Assembly (NCBI GenBank): GCA_020353515.1
Contig: CP070695.1
Span: 1,556,284-1,620,283, forward strand
Origin: Candidatus Heimdallarchaeota archaeon
Lineage (GTDB): Archaea; Asgardarchaeota; Heimdallarchaeia; Hodarchaeales; Hodarchaeaceae
Length of the DNA: 64,000 nt
Direction of reading: 5' to 3'
The notes beneath the pieces were generated by a model. That model saw only the letters and a program-made list of their open reading frames with translations, was not told the DNA's origin and did not search any database. Below are positions 38,231 through 47,776 of this stretch, piece by piece. Each line of letters opens with the position of its first letter. The stretch's first letter is position 1. The position numbers were made by a program, and so were the translations under genes.

Positions 38231-39847
38231 TTGAGCAGGAAATCATTGAGGTTACAATCTATGAACACTATAGAAAAAGAAGAAGGAATTCTCCCTTGGT
38301 TCAAATATAAAATTCATTATGGTCTAACCTTTAAAGGAATGATAACTTTCACAATCGTGTGGGAGTTCTGTATTATTCTCTTTTTATCAACCTTTTCTGA
38401 ACCAATAAAGCTTGTACTTGGGCAACCATTGTTTCCCATAACGTTAGATCCCGACCCTATCGAGAAAGCTGGCCGTCTTATTATGGTTTATCACGGAATC
38501 GCGGTTCCATTCATAGCAACCTGTGCTTATTTTGTATTGGAATACATGGATGTACGAGAGAAGTTTAAATCCCGCGTAAAATATCCACTATTTTTTGGGA
38601 GTATTTTAGCTTCTGCAAATGCACTATTATTCGCTTATGTTTTCCCAGAAGGCTGGATTTTACACGGATTGTACTTAGTGGGATTATCTCTTTGTTTTTA
38701 TGGTGGAGTCATGCTTCTTATCGGTGTTTTTCCAACGAAGAGTTTTCCAGAACGAGGCCCAGAAAACAGCCGTAATGTTCTTGTTGGACAACTTGCATTA
38801 ACACTGCTTGCTATTTGTATTTTGATTAGTGTTATACTTGGAGCAGCAGTTGGCGCCTTTTTTGGCCAATCTGGTTTGACAGTAATGCTGGCAGAGTATT
38901 TCCTTAGGCATGATCTCTATCCGTATTTTGTTGAAGAGCTTTTCATAGACGCCATTAAAGCTCATTTACATGTTATGCTGGCATTAATTGATGTCATAAT
39001 CCTACTAGTTGTCTATCGATATACTGTTCCTGACCAAAAGGGAAAGTGGTATCTTATTTCTATGATCCTTGCTATTCCAGGAATGCTCATTCTTTCATTG
39101 GGAGCTTGGTTTGTAACACTTAACTCCATAGTCACTTGGCCCTTTGATATGCATTATCTCATTTATGCTGGTGCAGCGATTCTCGTAACTGTTGGCATAA
39201 TATTGGCGTTTACGGGTTGGAATAAAGCAAGTAAAGAAGTTCTTGGCGATTCTTATGACTCTGCGTCCTGGTTTACTCGTGTTAAAGCTGTTTTCAAAGT
39301 TCCTGTGAAATTCGCCTTATATTTCCAATTTATCTGGGTGAATATCGTAATGACTATTGGAGGTATATTCCTTGCCCTTAGTCTTCGAGGTGAAACTGAT
39401 CCTGAGGGTGCTTCTCCACTCACAAATGTGTTAGGTCTGGTTTCATTTCGAGATGGTCCTCTAGCAATTGAAACTACAGTCGCTCGTGGTCATTGGCACG
39501 TTCTAGCTACATTATCGGCAATTATTTTACTTCTCCTAGTTATAGATGTACTAGATATTCAAGGTATTTGGCGTAAGGTAATAGCTTGGCTGTTATTTGC
39601 TGGAAGTGTTATTGCATTTGGATTGGCAACAATTTTTTTGTATTTCCCACATTTAGACCAAACATGGGCGACAAATTTGACTAAATATGTAGACGTACAG
39701 GAATTCTGGAATGAAACAGCATTTTGGTTACCGCTTGTCATTGACTTTGGAATCATGCTATTCGTCGTAGCAATTACAATATTCTGTTTCCATCAGCTCA
39801 TTGAGATTCTCAAAGGAAGAAAAGATGTTAAAGAATTCCCAGAATAA
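38231..39847 (+). CDS. 12-TM His-rich protein with heme-copper oxidase subunit I-like architecture, lacking the CuB His-His pair
   Basis: Three 4-TM units; H88 (TM2), H245xH247 (TM6), H421xH423 (TM10), plus H145 and H308; probable start ATG 38261. Confidence 0.6.
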   Translation: MSRKSLRLQSMNTIEKEEGILPWFKYKIHYGLTFKGMITFTIVWEFCIILFLSTFSEPIKLVLGQPLFPITLDPDPIEKAGRLIMVYHGIAVPFIATCAYFVLEYMDVREKFKSRVKYPLFFGSILASANALLFAYVFPEGWILHGLYLVGLSLCFYGGVMLLIGVFPTKSFPERGPENSRNVLVGQLALTLLAICILISVILGAAVGAFFGQSGLTVMLAEYFLRHDLYPYFVEELFIDAIKAHLHVMLALIDVIILLVVYRYTVPDQKGKWYLISMILAIPGMLILSLGAWFVTLNSIVTWPFDMHYLIYAGAAILVTVGIILAFTGWNKASKEVLGDSYDSASWFTRVKAVFKVPVKFALYFQFIWVNIVMTIGGIFLALSLRGETDPEGASPLTNVLGLVSFRDGPLAIETTVARGHWHVLATLSAIILLLLVIDVLDIQGIWRKVIAWLLFAGSVIAFGLATIFLYFPHLDQTWATNLTKYVDVQEFWNETAFWLPLVIDFGIMLFVVAITIFCFHQLIEILKGRKDVKEFPE

Positions 39848-39874
39848 TTGACTTAACTCTGTAAGCTTTGAATC

Positions 39875-40840
39875 GTGGAATGGCTAAAGATTATGAAAGA
39901 AGTGGAAATTTCCCTCCAACCACAGGAATATGAAAGCGTGACGTCCTATACATATCCCCCTCTCTCTTTTTCAACCTATAGTGAACTAATTAAAAGTAAA
40001 CAAACCTTTCTCCTTCTCTATACTTCAGTTTTTGCTTATCTGATCAGCGCCTGGGGAACAGGAATCTTCCTATTTCATTTTATTTGGTTCACTATAGGTC
40101 TCTTCTTCGCAATTACAGGGTCAACCCTTCTGAATATGTATATCGATCGTGATATTGATGCGCTCATGGACAGAACAAAAGATCGTCCATTACCAAGCCG
40201 AAGAATTCCCCCTTCAACTGTTTTAAAGCATGGTGCTCTTTTCACAGTAGCAGGTATTTTAGCAGTAGGAATATTCACCAACCTAGTTACAATGTTTGTT
40301 GTCTTCTTGGGTTTCTTTTTTGATGTCGTGGTTTACTCGCTGTTGTTAAAGCGACGTACAAGATTGTCAATTATTTTTGGAGGCGTTGCAGGAGGACTCC
40401 CAGCCATCGCTGGTCGGGCAGCAGTTATAGGGTATGTTGACATCGCTAGTATTTTGATGGGGGCATTTGTGTTATGCTGGATCCCGTTACATATCCTCAC
40501 ACTTGCTCTTATTCCTAAAAATTTAGAAGGATATAAGAATGCTAATGTACCAATGTGGCCTGTTGTCAGTAGTCCAACCCAGACAATATATATTGTGACC
40601 TTATCAGCAATTTTTAGTGCCTTGACTGTTGTTCTAACTGGAATAGTATTACAAATTAATATACTCGCACTCCTTCCATTATTTCTTTTTTGTGCATTTA
40701 TTCTCTTTCAAGCATTCGTAAATCTTAGAGAACCCTCTCATGAGAGAACATTTCAGATTTTTAAGCTTGCCTCAATTTTCATGGCTTTCGCGTTCCTTTG
40801 GTTGTTCGTGGGAGTAATTATAACTTCATTTCTTCCTTGA
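39875..40840 (+). CDS. ctaB: Protoheme IX farnesyltransferase, copy 3
   Basis: LNMYIDRDIDALMDRTKDRPLPS and the other CtaB motifs; probable start ATG 39893. Confidence 0.92.
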   Translation: MEWLKIMKEVEISLQPQEYESVTSYTYPPLSFSTYSELIKSKQTFLLLYTSVFAYLISAWGTGIFLFHFIWFTIGLFFAITGSTLLNMYIDRDIDALMDRTKDRPLPSRRIPPSTVLKHGALFTVAGILAVGIFTNLVTMFVVFLGFFFDVVVYSLLLKRRTRLSIIFGGVAGGLPAIAGRAAVIGYVDIASILMGAFVLCWIPLHILTLALIPKNLEGYKNANVPMWPVVSSPTQTIYIVTLSAIFSALTVVLTGIVLQINILALLPLFLFCAFILFQAFVNLREPSHERTFQIFKLASIFMAFAFLWLFVGVIITSFLP

Positions 40841-40894
40841 AAAACATTCGACATAATAGTTTCAAAATGGAAAATAAATTTCAGTAAATGATGA

Positions 40895-42118
40895 TTGATG
40901 ACTAATAATGACAATCTAGATTCCCAAAGTGACCCAGAACCATTATCACAAATCATTATTCTGGGTATCTTGGTACTAGTGACCATATTAGCACCAGCGC
41001 TCTTACACACAAATCAATACGAATTTTTAATCGAGCGATTCGAATTAAATCTGTTAAAAGCTTCGTATTTTGACACAGCCCTTTATACTTCCTATTTGAT
41101 TGCTGGTATTCTAACTGCAATAATAGCAAATCAAATTGGTAAACGAAAGATATTCATCTTACTGGGGAGTTCGGGATCTTCAGTATTTTATCTTGCGATG
41201 ACTACAACCTTGAACTTTCCCTTACTACTGATTTTTCGTTTTCTACAGGGGAGTTTTACAGTATTATGTTGGCAAATACTGATGACTATAGTGTTAGATT
41301 TGTCAACAGCCCAGAATCGGGGAAGAAACTTGGGAATTTTTGGGATGTTTCTAGCATTGGCAATGGGAAGTGGTCCTGTCCTAGGAGGGATACTTGCAGG
41401 TTTAGGAGTTCTTGTACCATATTATGCAGCATCATTATTGAGCTTTTTTGTCTTTTTATTAGCATTGGTATTCCTTAAAGAACCACGACAACTAATACCT
41501 AAACCATCATTCTTAAAAAATGTAGGAATTGTCTTTAGAAAGCCTCGCTTGATTATTCCAGCCATCTTTAACTTTGTTGATCGATTCCACATTGGTTTCA
41601 TATTGTTTATACTACCACTCTTTTTACCCATTGTCTTACAAGTTGAACCTGAGCTCCGAGGTATGGTTCTAGGTCTTTTTGCTCTTCCTTTCATTATTTT
41701 ACAGTATCCTGTGGGGAAGTGGTCTGACAAGATCGGCCGTTATAAACCTTTAATCATTGGAAGTATTACTGTAGGAGTCATGCTAACGATAATGGGTTAC
41801 TTAGGATCCTTTGGCTTATTTGCCGTAATTATCGGTTTTATCATCTTGGGTATAGGTAACGGGTTTACTGGACCAACTGCAATGGCTCTCGTTGGAGATA
41901 CAGTTGAAGCGGATGATAATGCAGTTGGAATGGGTTTCTTTAACTTGTTAGGAAACATTGGAATCGTAATGGGCCCATTTATCGGAGGTTTTTTAGCGTA
42001 TTCAGAAACACAGACTGCCTTTGTGACCGCATTCGTAGTAGCAGGATTAATTGAATTTATTTCTCTCACTGGAGTCATTCTTTTAATTTTGTTCGTTTTT
42101 AAAAGAAATAAAGGATAA
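40895..42118 (+). CDS. MFS transporter
   Basis: About 12 TM; IGKRK, FRFLQG, RGR.LG, GP.LGG, GKWSDKIGR. Confidence 0.9.
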   Translation: MMTNNDNLDSQSDPEPLSQIIILGILVLVTILAPALLHTNQYEFLIERFELNLLKASYFDTALYTSYLIAGILTAIIANQIGKRKIFILLGSSGSSVFYLAMTTTLNFPLLLIFRFLQGSFTVLCWQILMTIVLDLSTAQNRGRNLGIFGMFLALAMGSGPVLGGILAGLGVLVPYYAASLLSFFVFLLALVFLKEPRQLIPKPSFLKNVGIVFRKPRLIIPAIFNFVDRFHIGFILFILPLFLPIVLQVEPELRGMVLGLFALPFIILQYPVGKWSDKIGRYKPLIIGSITVGVMLTIMGYLGSFGLFAVIIGFIILGIGNGFTGPTAMALVGDTVEADDNAVGMGFFNLLGNIGIVMGPFIGGFLAYSETQTAFVTAFVVAGLIEFISLTGVILLILFVFKRNKG

Positions 42119-42290
42119 ATTCCTGATTTTTTACGAACTCGGGTGAAGATCCGAAAATATATCTAACAATGTTATCTGTAGTGAAAATTTATAAAGAGAA
42201 TTTACGATTATCTTATTAAATAATTTAAATAATTGAAAAAATGTGTAATCTCAAAAAATCTCTGTGAACTTGTAAGATAAGATTTAGAAA

Positions 42291-42989
42291 GTGTTTGTTT
42301 TGGGAATACAAGAAGAAAGTGGGTATTACTTATCAACTCGAGATAAAATTCTGCAGTATTTATTGCAGCACCGTCCATCAGAAAACGCAAGTACGATAAA
42401 AGAAATCGCAGATGAATTGGATATCAGTATAAATGCTACCAGACAATATTTGATTGTACTAGAGAAGGAAGGGTTCGTTGCTAAATCCCAAAAAAAGGGA
42501 TCTAGTGGTCGTCCTGCAATGGGCTACACCATTACTGAAGAAGCATTGAGCGCCTTCCCGAAGACTTATGCAGATTTTTCGGTGAAATTGATTACTGAAC
42601 TCAAAGATCATATTGGTGTACAAGAAACAAATGAAATCCTGAAAAAGGTCGGAAAACGAATCGCTGATGAAGTACGTGATGAAGTAGAGGCTGAAATAAA
42701 ACCAGATAAAGATCTAGATCCTTTACGGAATAGATTAGAAGCAGTAACTAAGATATATCTGAAATATGGAAAATATCCTGAACTTGTTGAAGATGAAGAT
42801 TCCTTTGCATTAAAAAACTTGAATTGTTTAATCTATGAAATTGCAAAGGCTGATCCATTGGTTTGTACTGTTGATGAGACTATTGTGAGCGAACTTGTTG
42901 GAAAGAAAGCAATAAAGGAAAAATGTTTGAGGCAAGGCGACGAGTGTTGCCTTTATAGGATTAAGAAATCCCAAAAATCCAAAAGTTGA
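42291..42989 (+). CDS. SufR-like (COG2345-type) HTH regulator with Cys motif
   Basis: STRDKIL..L, IADEL.IS.NA.RQYL..LEKEG.V, GRP, NC-x12-C...C...GDECC. Confidence 0.85.
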   Translation: MFVLGIQEESGYYLSTRDKILQYLLQHRPSENASTIKEIADELDISINATRQYLIVLEKEGFVAKSQKKGSSGRPAMGYTITEEALSAFPKTYADFSVKLITELKDHIGVQETNEILKKVGKRIADEVRDEVEAEIKPDKDLDPLRNRLEAVTKIYLKYGKYPELVEDEDSFALKNLNCLIYEIAKADPLVCTVDETIVSELVGKKAIKEKCLRQGDECCLYRIKKSQKSKS

Positions 42990-43306
42990 ACTTACAATTT
43001 CAAAATTTCTCCAGTTTTTCTTAATACACTAAATAACGATTTTTTTTCTCCGATCTTTTTTCTATTGCGAAGTTTGTATTTCATTTCTTATTCTATCAAG
43101 TTTCCTTTCAGAATTTACTCTAATTTCCGATTTCTTTTTTTAACTTTTTTTGGAAAAAAATGAAAAAAATGTAAAAAGATATATTTATTAATTAAATTAA
43201 ATAATTTCTGATTTAGATGAAATCACAACTAAAATGAACTTTCACGGTTGAAAAAACGATTTTGTCTCAATAATTTGCGTTTTACTCTCTATATGAGGTT
43301 GAAAAG

Positions 43307-44176
43307 ATGAAGATCATGAAAAAGACCTTGAAAATCAGTCTTTTTATTGTTGTTTTCAGTCTAATCAGTTTAACTGTTTTAACTGTTGTAGGAGAGGTTG
43401 CTGATGATCAAGTAGGTTTTGTCTCACCAAAAATAAAAGGTGGAATAGATTTAAATGATGGAGAAATCACATCATTTTGGACAAACATCACCGACTATCA
43501 GAATGTCACTGAATTTGGAGAACATGGTTATGTAAAATTTGCTAACAATGAAACTCACTTATATACGCTCATTGTCAGCTCAACAGAAAATGTTTGGATT
43601 TCAATCGAATTTGAACCAGATCCCTCTCTTTGCATGAAAAATTTAAACGATGGTTGGTCATTTTACATTGATGAGGAGGAAGAAACAGTACTAGCGAAAG
43701 ATATTATGTTTATCGGTACTGTTATTCCAGAAGATGACGTAAAAAACGACTTACAAATCGAAAGTGTTTTTTCCGAAGGATTAGTCTACATTGAAGTAGT
43801 TAGATCTTTTGATACTTCAGACCCAGATGGTTTTGATATTGCCTTCGAGAATGGTAGTACAAATTTACTCCAATTTGCGTCTAAGAAGAAACATTTCGGG
43901 GATCATAACAAATACTATCTTTATGTCCTTGTTAGTGACAAAACAGAGGGAAATCCTATAATTCCTGATATTCCAGAAATAGTAGATCTCAATCAGGTGA
44001 AATTTCTATTATTAGGTGTCACCCCTGTTGGTGTTTTTGGTTTTATAGGTATTCATATGATTCGGAGAGTTCTTTACAGTCCTATAAAGCATGATCATGA
44101 TAGGATTGTTTCAAGTTCATGGAAACCTCCAACCCTTGTTGAACGGTTCAAAGATACCTTCCTTTCCAAGGAATAA
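43307..44176 (+). CDS. Membrane-anchored DOMON-like (heme b-binding) protein
   Basis: WISIEF....CM....DGW, IEVVRSFDT.D..D, KKH; C-terminal TM. Confidence 0.6.
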   Translation: MKIMKKTLKISLFIVVFSLISLTVLTVVGEVADDQVGFVSPKIKGGIDLNDGEITSFWTNITDYQNVTEFGEHGYVKFANNETHLYTLIVSSTENVWISIEFEPDPSLCMKNLNDGWSFYIDEEEETVLAKDIMFIGTVIPEDDVKNDLQIESVFSEGLVYIEVVRSFDTSDPDGFDIAFENGSTNLLQFASKKKHFGDHNKYYLYVLVSDKTEGNPIIPDIPEIVDLNQVKFLLLGVTPVGVFGFIGIHMIRRVLYSPIKHDHDRIVSSSWKPPTLVERFKDTFLSKE

Positions 44177-44195
44177 TCAGACAATTTTTTTCTAA

Positions 44196-44933
44196 ATGCA
44201 AATGGTGTTAAAAATGGTAACAGTTCACAAAGTTGATAGTAAAAAACCAGTTGAAAAAGCAACTGATGTTGATGGATCTATTACTGTCGTGCGATATAAT
44301 AATCTACAAAGGTTTCATCATTGGGTTCATGTTATTGTGATGATTCTTTTCTTCCTCACTGGGTTTGAGTTATTCATTAAAGTCTATTTCTTAGGAGATT
44401 ATTTCTTTACTCGATCGCTTCATCTAGTTTTAGGAATTTTCGCTGGATTCTGGGATATAATCTTCTTTGGTGCGATCACTATTGGATATAGAAAGGTAAA
44501 TGAGATTGTTCCCTATCCTCGGGATTTTCTTGATATTGCTATAATCGTTCTTTGTGCGATAGGAATTCTTCCTGACGAAAAGTATCCAAAGTATGATTTT
44601 TATTTGCGGGAGAAAAAGAAATATGTAATGAAATACCATCCCCTTCAAAAACTTCTGACCGTTAGTAATGTTTTTATGATCTTTCTTATGGGAGTGACTG
44701 GTATAGCTCTAGCGGAAGAACTCGTTCCAGGATCTACAGGAATATTAAGTATTTTAGGATTGTTGGTATTTCCTTTTCAAATTTTTGAATTGGATATTCG
44801 CTTCATCCACTTTGGAATATATGTCTACTTCCTCTTTACCACATTGGTTCATTTCTATTTTGCAGTAATTCCCCAAAATCGTCACCGGTTAAAAGGCATG
44901 GTGACTGGTAAGGAAAAGATCCGAGTCTCGTAA
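44196..44933 (+). CDS. Di-heme cytochrome b (FdnI/HyaC family)
   Basis: QRFHHW...F.TG, RSLH, KYHPLQK, RFIH, LVHFY.A, GM.TG. Confidence 0.9.
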   Translation: MQMVLKMVTVHKVDSKKPVEKATDVDGSITVVRYNNLQRFHHWVHVIVMILFFLTGFELFIKVYFLGDYFFTRSLHLVLGIFAGFWDIIFFGAITIGYRKVNEIVPYPRDFLDIAIIVLCAIGILPDEKYPKYDFYLREKKKYVMKYHPLQKLLTVSNVFMIFLMGVTGIALAEELVPGSTGILSILGLLVFPFQIFELDIRFIHFGIYVYFLFTTLVHFYFAVIPQNRHRLKGMVTGKEKIRVS

Positions 44934-45226
44934 AGGGTTCAAATAGTATTATTGAAACTACCAGACCATATTTTTCCTTCTACCTTTTTTTTCTTTTCTA
45001 GTATTATTCTATCCAATACTAAATTCAAAAGTAGTCGCTAACCAGTTTCTTCTTTAATTAATTGGATTTTGTTTTGGAATTTTGAATAATTTCAAACCTA
45101 ATGAATTTTACTATTTTTGTAATTTTAGCAATAAAAATATGTTAAAAGAATTTAATATGTTTAAAACGAAGATAAATTAATAAATACCTTTTAATACACC
45201 TTTAGAATACTCTCTACACGATAAGA

Positions 45227-45904
45227 GTGTATCCAACGTACGAAAGTGACGTACTTCCCAAACAACAGTCCAACTTCCTGTTTTCATTTATCTTTGCGAT
45301 TAGTTTTCTTGTCCTGATACAACTTTTCTCGATATTCACACTTATCTATAATTTGATAATCTTCCCATTTACCGTAATTCATGAATTAAGTCACTTTTTC
45401 GCGCTTGGCTGCTTCTTTCCAGGGAAAGAAGCCCAAATTGAGTTCCATTTGTTTGATAATGGGGTTACCTGTGCTAATGTCAAGTTTGAGAGCCTACCCC
45501 TCTCTTTAGGATCTGTAGTATCTTTTCTTGTTGGTCCATTTTCAGTTGTGGCATTTTCTGCAATAGGCATAATCGCGCTTAAAAAATTCCCTACATCAAA
45601 TTTCAGGAAGATTGGTTCTCAATTCTTTAAATTCGTTTTGTTATGTGATATTCCAAATCTGTTTCCGATTCATCCTCCTATGGTTAACGCTGTCACTGAT
45701 GGATATGCGGCAAGCGTGTACCTATTCCAAATGGGATATACCCCCTTCGTTTCAACGGATTTGTCAATATTTCTATATTCGATAGCTGCAATAATTTCAT
45801 TTGCAGCATTTTTCTATCTTGGAGCTGCAGTCTATTTTCTTTTACAGCAAGTAAAAGGATTTGTTTTAAAAGATAATAAGAGTCTCCACCCTCAAGTGGC
45901 TTGA
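45227..45904 (+). CDS. M50-family membrane metallopeptidase
   Basis: HELSH, GP, N..P....TDG. Confidence 0.7.
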   Translation: MYPTYESDVLPKQQSNFLFSFIFAISFLVLIQLFSIFTLIYNLIIFPFTVIHELSHFFALGCFFPGKEAQIEFHLFDNGVTCANVKFESLPLSLGSVVSFLVGPFSVVAFSAIGIIALKKFPTSNFRKIGSQFFKFVLLCDIPNLFPIHPPMVNAVTDGYAASVYLFQMGYTPFVSTDLSIFLYSIAAIISFAAFFYLGAAVYFLLQQVKGFVLKDNKSLHPQVA

Positions 45905-45910
45905 ATACTC

Positions 45911-46609
45911 TCAGATTTTAGCTTTCTCAGACTTATTTATTCTATATACACAAAGCATATCTCCCTCGGACAGACACTGAACCTTATCTGCTTTTTCCCC
46001 AACGAGTTCACTGACCAAAGTTTCATCAACAACACATGCTGCGGGAAAGTTCTGAACAATATCATAAATTAAACAATTATGATTTTTTATTATGAAGGAT
46101 TCTTCATCTTCAATAATTTTAGGAAAACTTCCGTAATCATGGAAAACTTCACTTATTGCGTCTATTTTATCTTTTAAAGAATGAGAATTCGTATTTTTCT
46201 CATTTAATTTTGAAGTGAGTTTTATTTTCATCTCTTCGGCTTTTTCTTTACCCATTTCAATCAGAAGATTTCGTGCTTCTTCCTCTCCATAATTTTTTAA
46301 CACACGTTTTAACAGTCGAATGGAAAAATCCGCATAGGCTTTGGGAAAAATGGTTAAAGCGTTCTTATGCAGGAAATAGGTCATTGCTGGGCGACCTGTT
46401 TTTCCCTTCTTTTTTTTTCTAATTACTAGGTTATCTTTCTCTAATTCTATCAAGTATTGGCGTATCGCGTTGGGACTTAAATCAAAAGTCTTTGCCATAT
46501 CTTTTATCGAACATCCCTTAGACTCGTCTTGAATATTACTATTTACAAGTAAGAAGCTAAGTATTTCTAACCGAGTAGATGAAAGTTGTTCACTAGCTAC
46601 TTGAAGCAT
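45911..46609 (-). CDS. SufR-like HTH regulator, paralogue of 42291-42989
   Basis: STR..IL, NAIRQYL..LEKD.LV, GRPA, FPK.YADFS, NCLIY-...C.VDE...C..GD..C. Confidence 0.85.
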   Translation of the reverse strand: MLQVASEQLSSTRLEILSFLLVNSNIQDESKGCSIKDMAKTFDLSPNAIRQYLIELEKDNLVIRKKKKGKTGRPAMTYFLHKNALTIFPKAYADFSIRLLKRVLKNYGEEEARNLLIEMGKEKAEEMKIKLTSKLNEKNTNSHSLKDKIDAISEVFHDYGSFPKIIEDEESFIIKNHNCLIYDIVQNFPAACVVDETLVSELVGEKADKVQCLSEGDMLCVYRINKSEKAKI

Positions 46610-46981
46610 ATATTTTTCGCCTAATAGAGCATAATGTAGACTATTTTATTCTTTATGAAGTATGTATTTTTTAACTTTTTTAAATGTTTTTACATAAAAT
46701 TATAATAAACTTTCATTAAAAAGAATTCATGCTAAGATTAAATTAAATAAATACAAAAGGTATTTCAAATATTAAAAAGTGTGGTATCAAGTATTAAGAA
46801 TTTTTATTCCTTTTTTTTAATAAAAATAGACGTCATTATTCTTATTTCAACGATGACAATCCTTGAAGGAGCTCAAGAATTAGACAGCAATGTGTCTCCG
46901 ACCTTCCCATTATCCAAAAAAGGATTAAATATAGTAATACAATTTTCGTTCGTATTGGTATTGATAGGGAGAATCCCACTA

Positions 46982-47704
46982 ATGGAAAATGATCAAGCGT
47001 TTATTCCAATCCCTCAAACTTATCTCGACATCATTGAAAAAGATAAGGATCATAAATGCCCCCCACCAATGGATCACTTCTGCGTCAAAGTCACTTCCGC
47101 AGCCAAACTTCCTTCACGTTTTGGGAATTTTATTGCAATCGGATTTCATCAAACAAGTGATGATAAAGAGCATGCAGCGTTTGTTAAAGGAGATGTAGTT
47201 AATAAGGAAAATGTGTTAGTCCGATTACATTCTGAGTGCTTGACTGGTGATACAATCGGGAGTTTAAGATGTGATTGCCGTGATCAATTAGAAGGCGCCC
47301 TGAGAAAAATCGAGGATGAAGGTGAGGGTATTGTTCTATATCTACGTCAAGAAGGTCGTGGTATTGGATTAACAAACAAATTAAAAGCTTACGCGCTTCA
47401 GGATCAGGGTATGGACACCGTTGATGCGAATTTAGCATTAGGATTTGAGGATGACCTCCGTGATTACCATTTGGCAGGGCATATACTCAAAAGTCTTAGA
47501 GTTAAATCTGTTAGACTTCTTACAAATAATCCCAAAAAACTCCTTGAGCTTCAAAAATGGCAGATTAATACTACTGAACGTGTTAAGCATATTTTCCCTG
47601 AAAATCCTTTCAACATTCAATATCTTGAGACGAAGAAGAAGCGAAGTGGGCATCTTTTAGATCCAGAAATGACTGCTGATGAATTACTTCATCAAAAACA
47701 TTAA
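46982..47704 (+). CDS. ribA: GTP cyclohydrolase II
   Basis: VRLHSECLTGD..GSLRCDC, YLRQEGRGIGL.NK, LLTNNP.K, YL.TK....GH; start set at ATG 46982 (GGGAGA upstream). Confidence 0.95.
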   Translation: MENDQAFIPIPQTYLDIIEKDKDHKCPPPMDHFCVKVTSAAKLPSRFGNFIAIGFHQTSDDKEHAAFVKGDVVNKENVLVRLHSECLTGDTIGSLRCDCRDQLEGALRKIEDEGEGIVLYLRQEGRGIGLTNKLKAYALQDQGMDTVDANLALGFEDDLRDYHLAGHILKSLRVKSVRLLTNNPKKLLELQKWQINTTERVKHIFPENPFNIQYLETKKKRSGHLLDPEMTADELLHQKH

Positions 47705-47776
47705 ACTCCGATCAATTTTAGAAAAAATTGATATTTAATCTATTTTATTAATACCTACTAGAGAAGTAAGGAATTT

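Noticed and set aside
38231-39847. Calling the 12-TM protein a true cytochrome oxidase, NO reductase or heme A synthase
   Set aside because: No TM7 His-His, no HPEVY and no subunit II; it lacks the CtaA EWxHR motif and has 12 rather than 8 TM
43191-46750. ATTAAATTAAATAA repeated at 43191 and 46737 as a SufR-like operator
   Set aside because: Pure A/T sequence in very AT-rich intergenic DNA; could easily be chance
46781-46981. Hydrophobic N-terminal extension on RibA
   Set aside because: AT-rich promoter region read through from a GTG; the RBS supports ATG 46982
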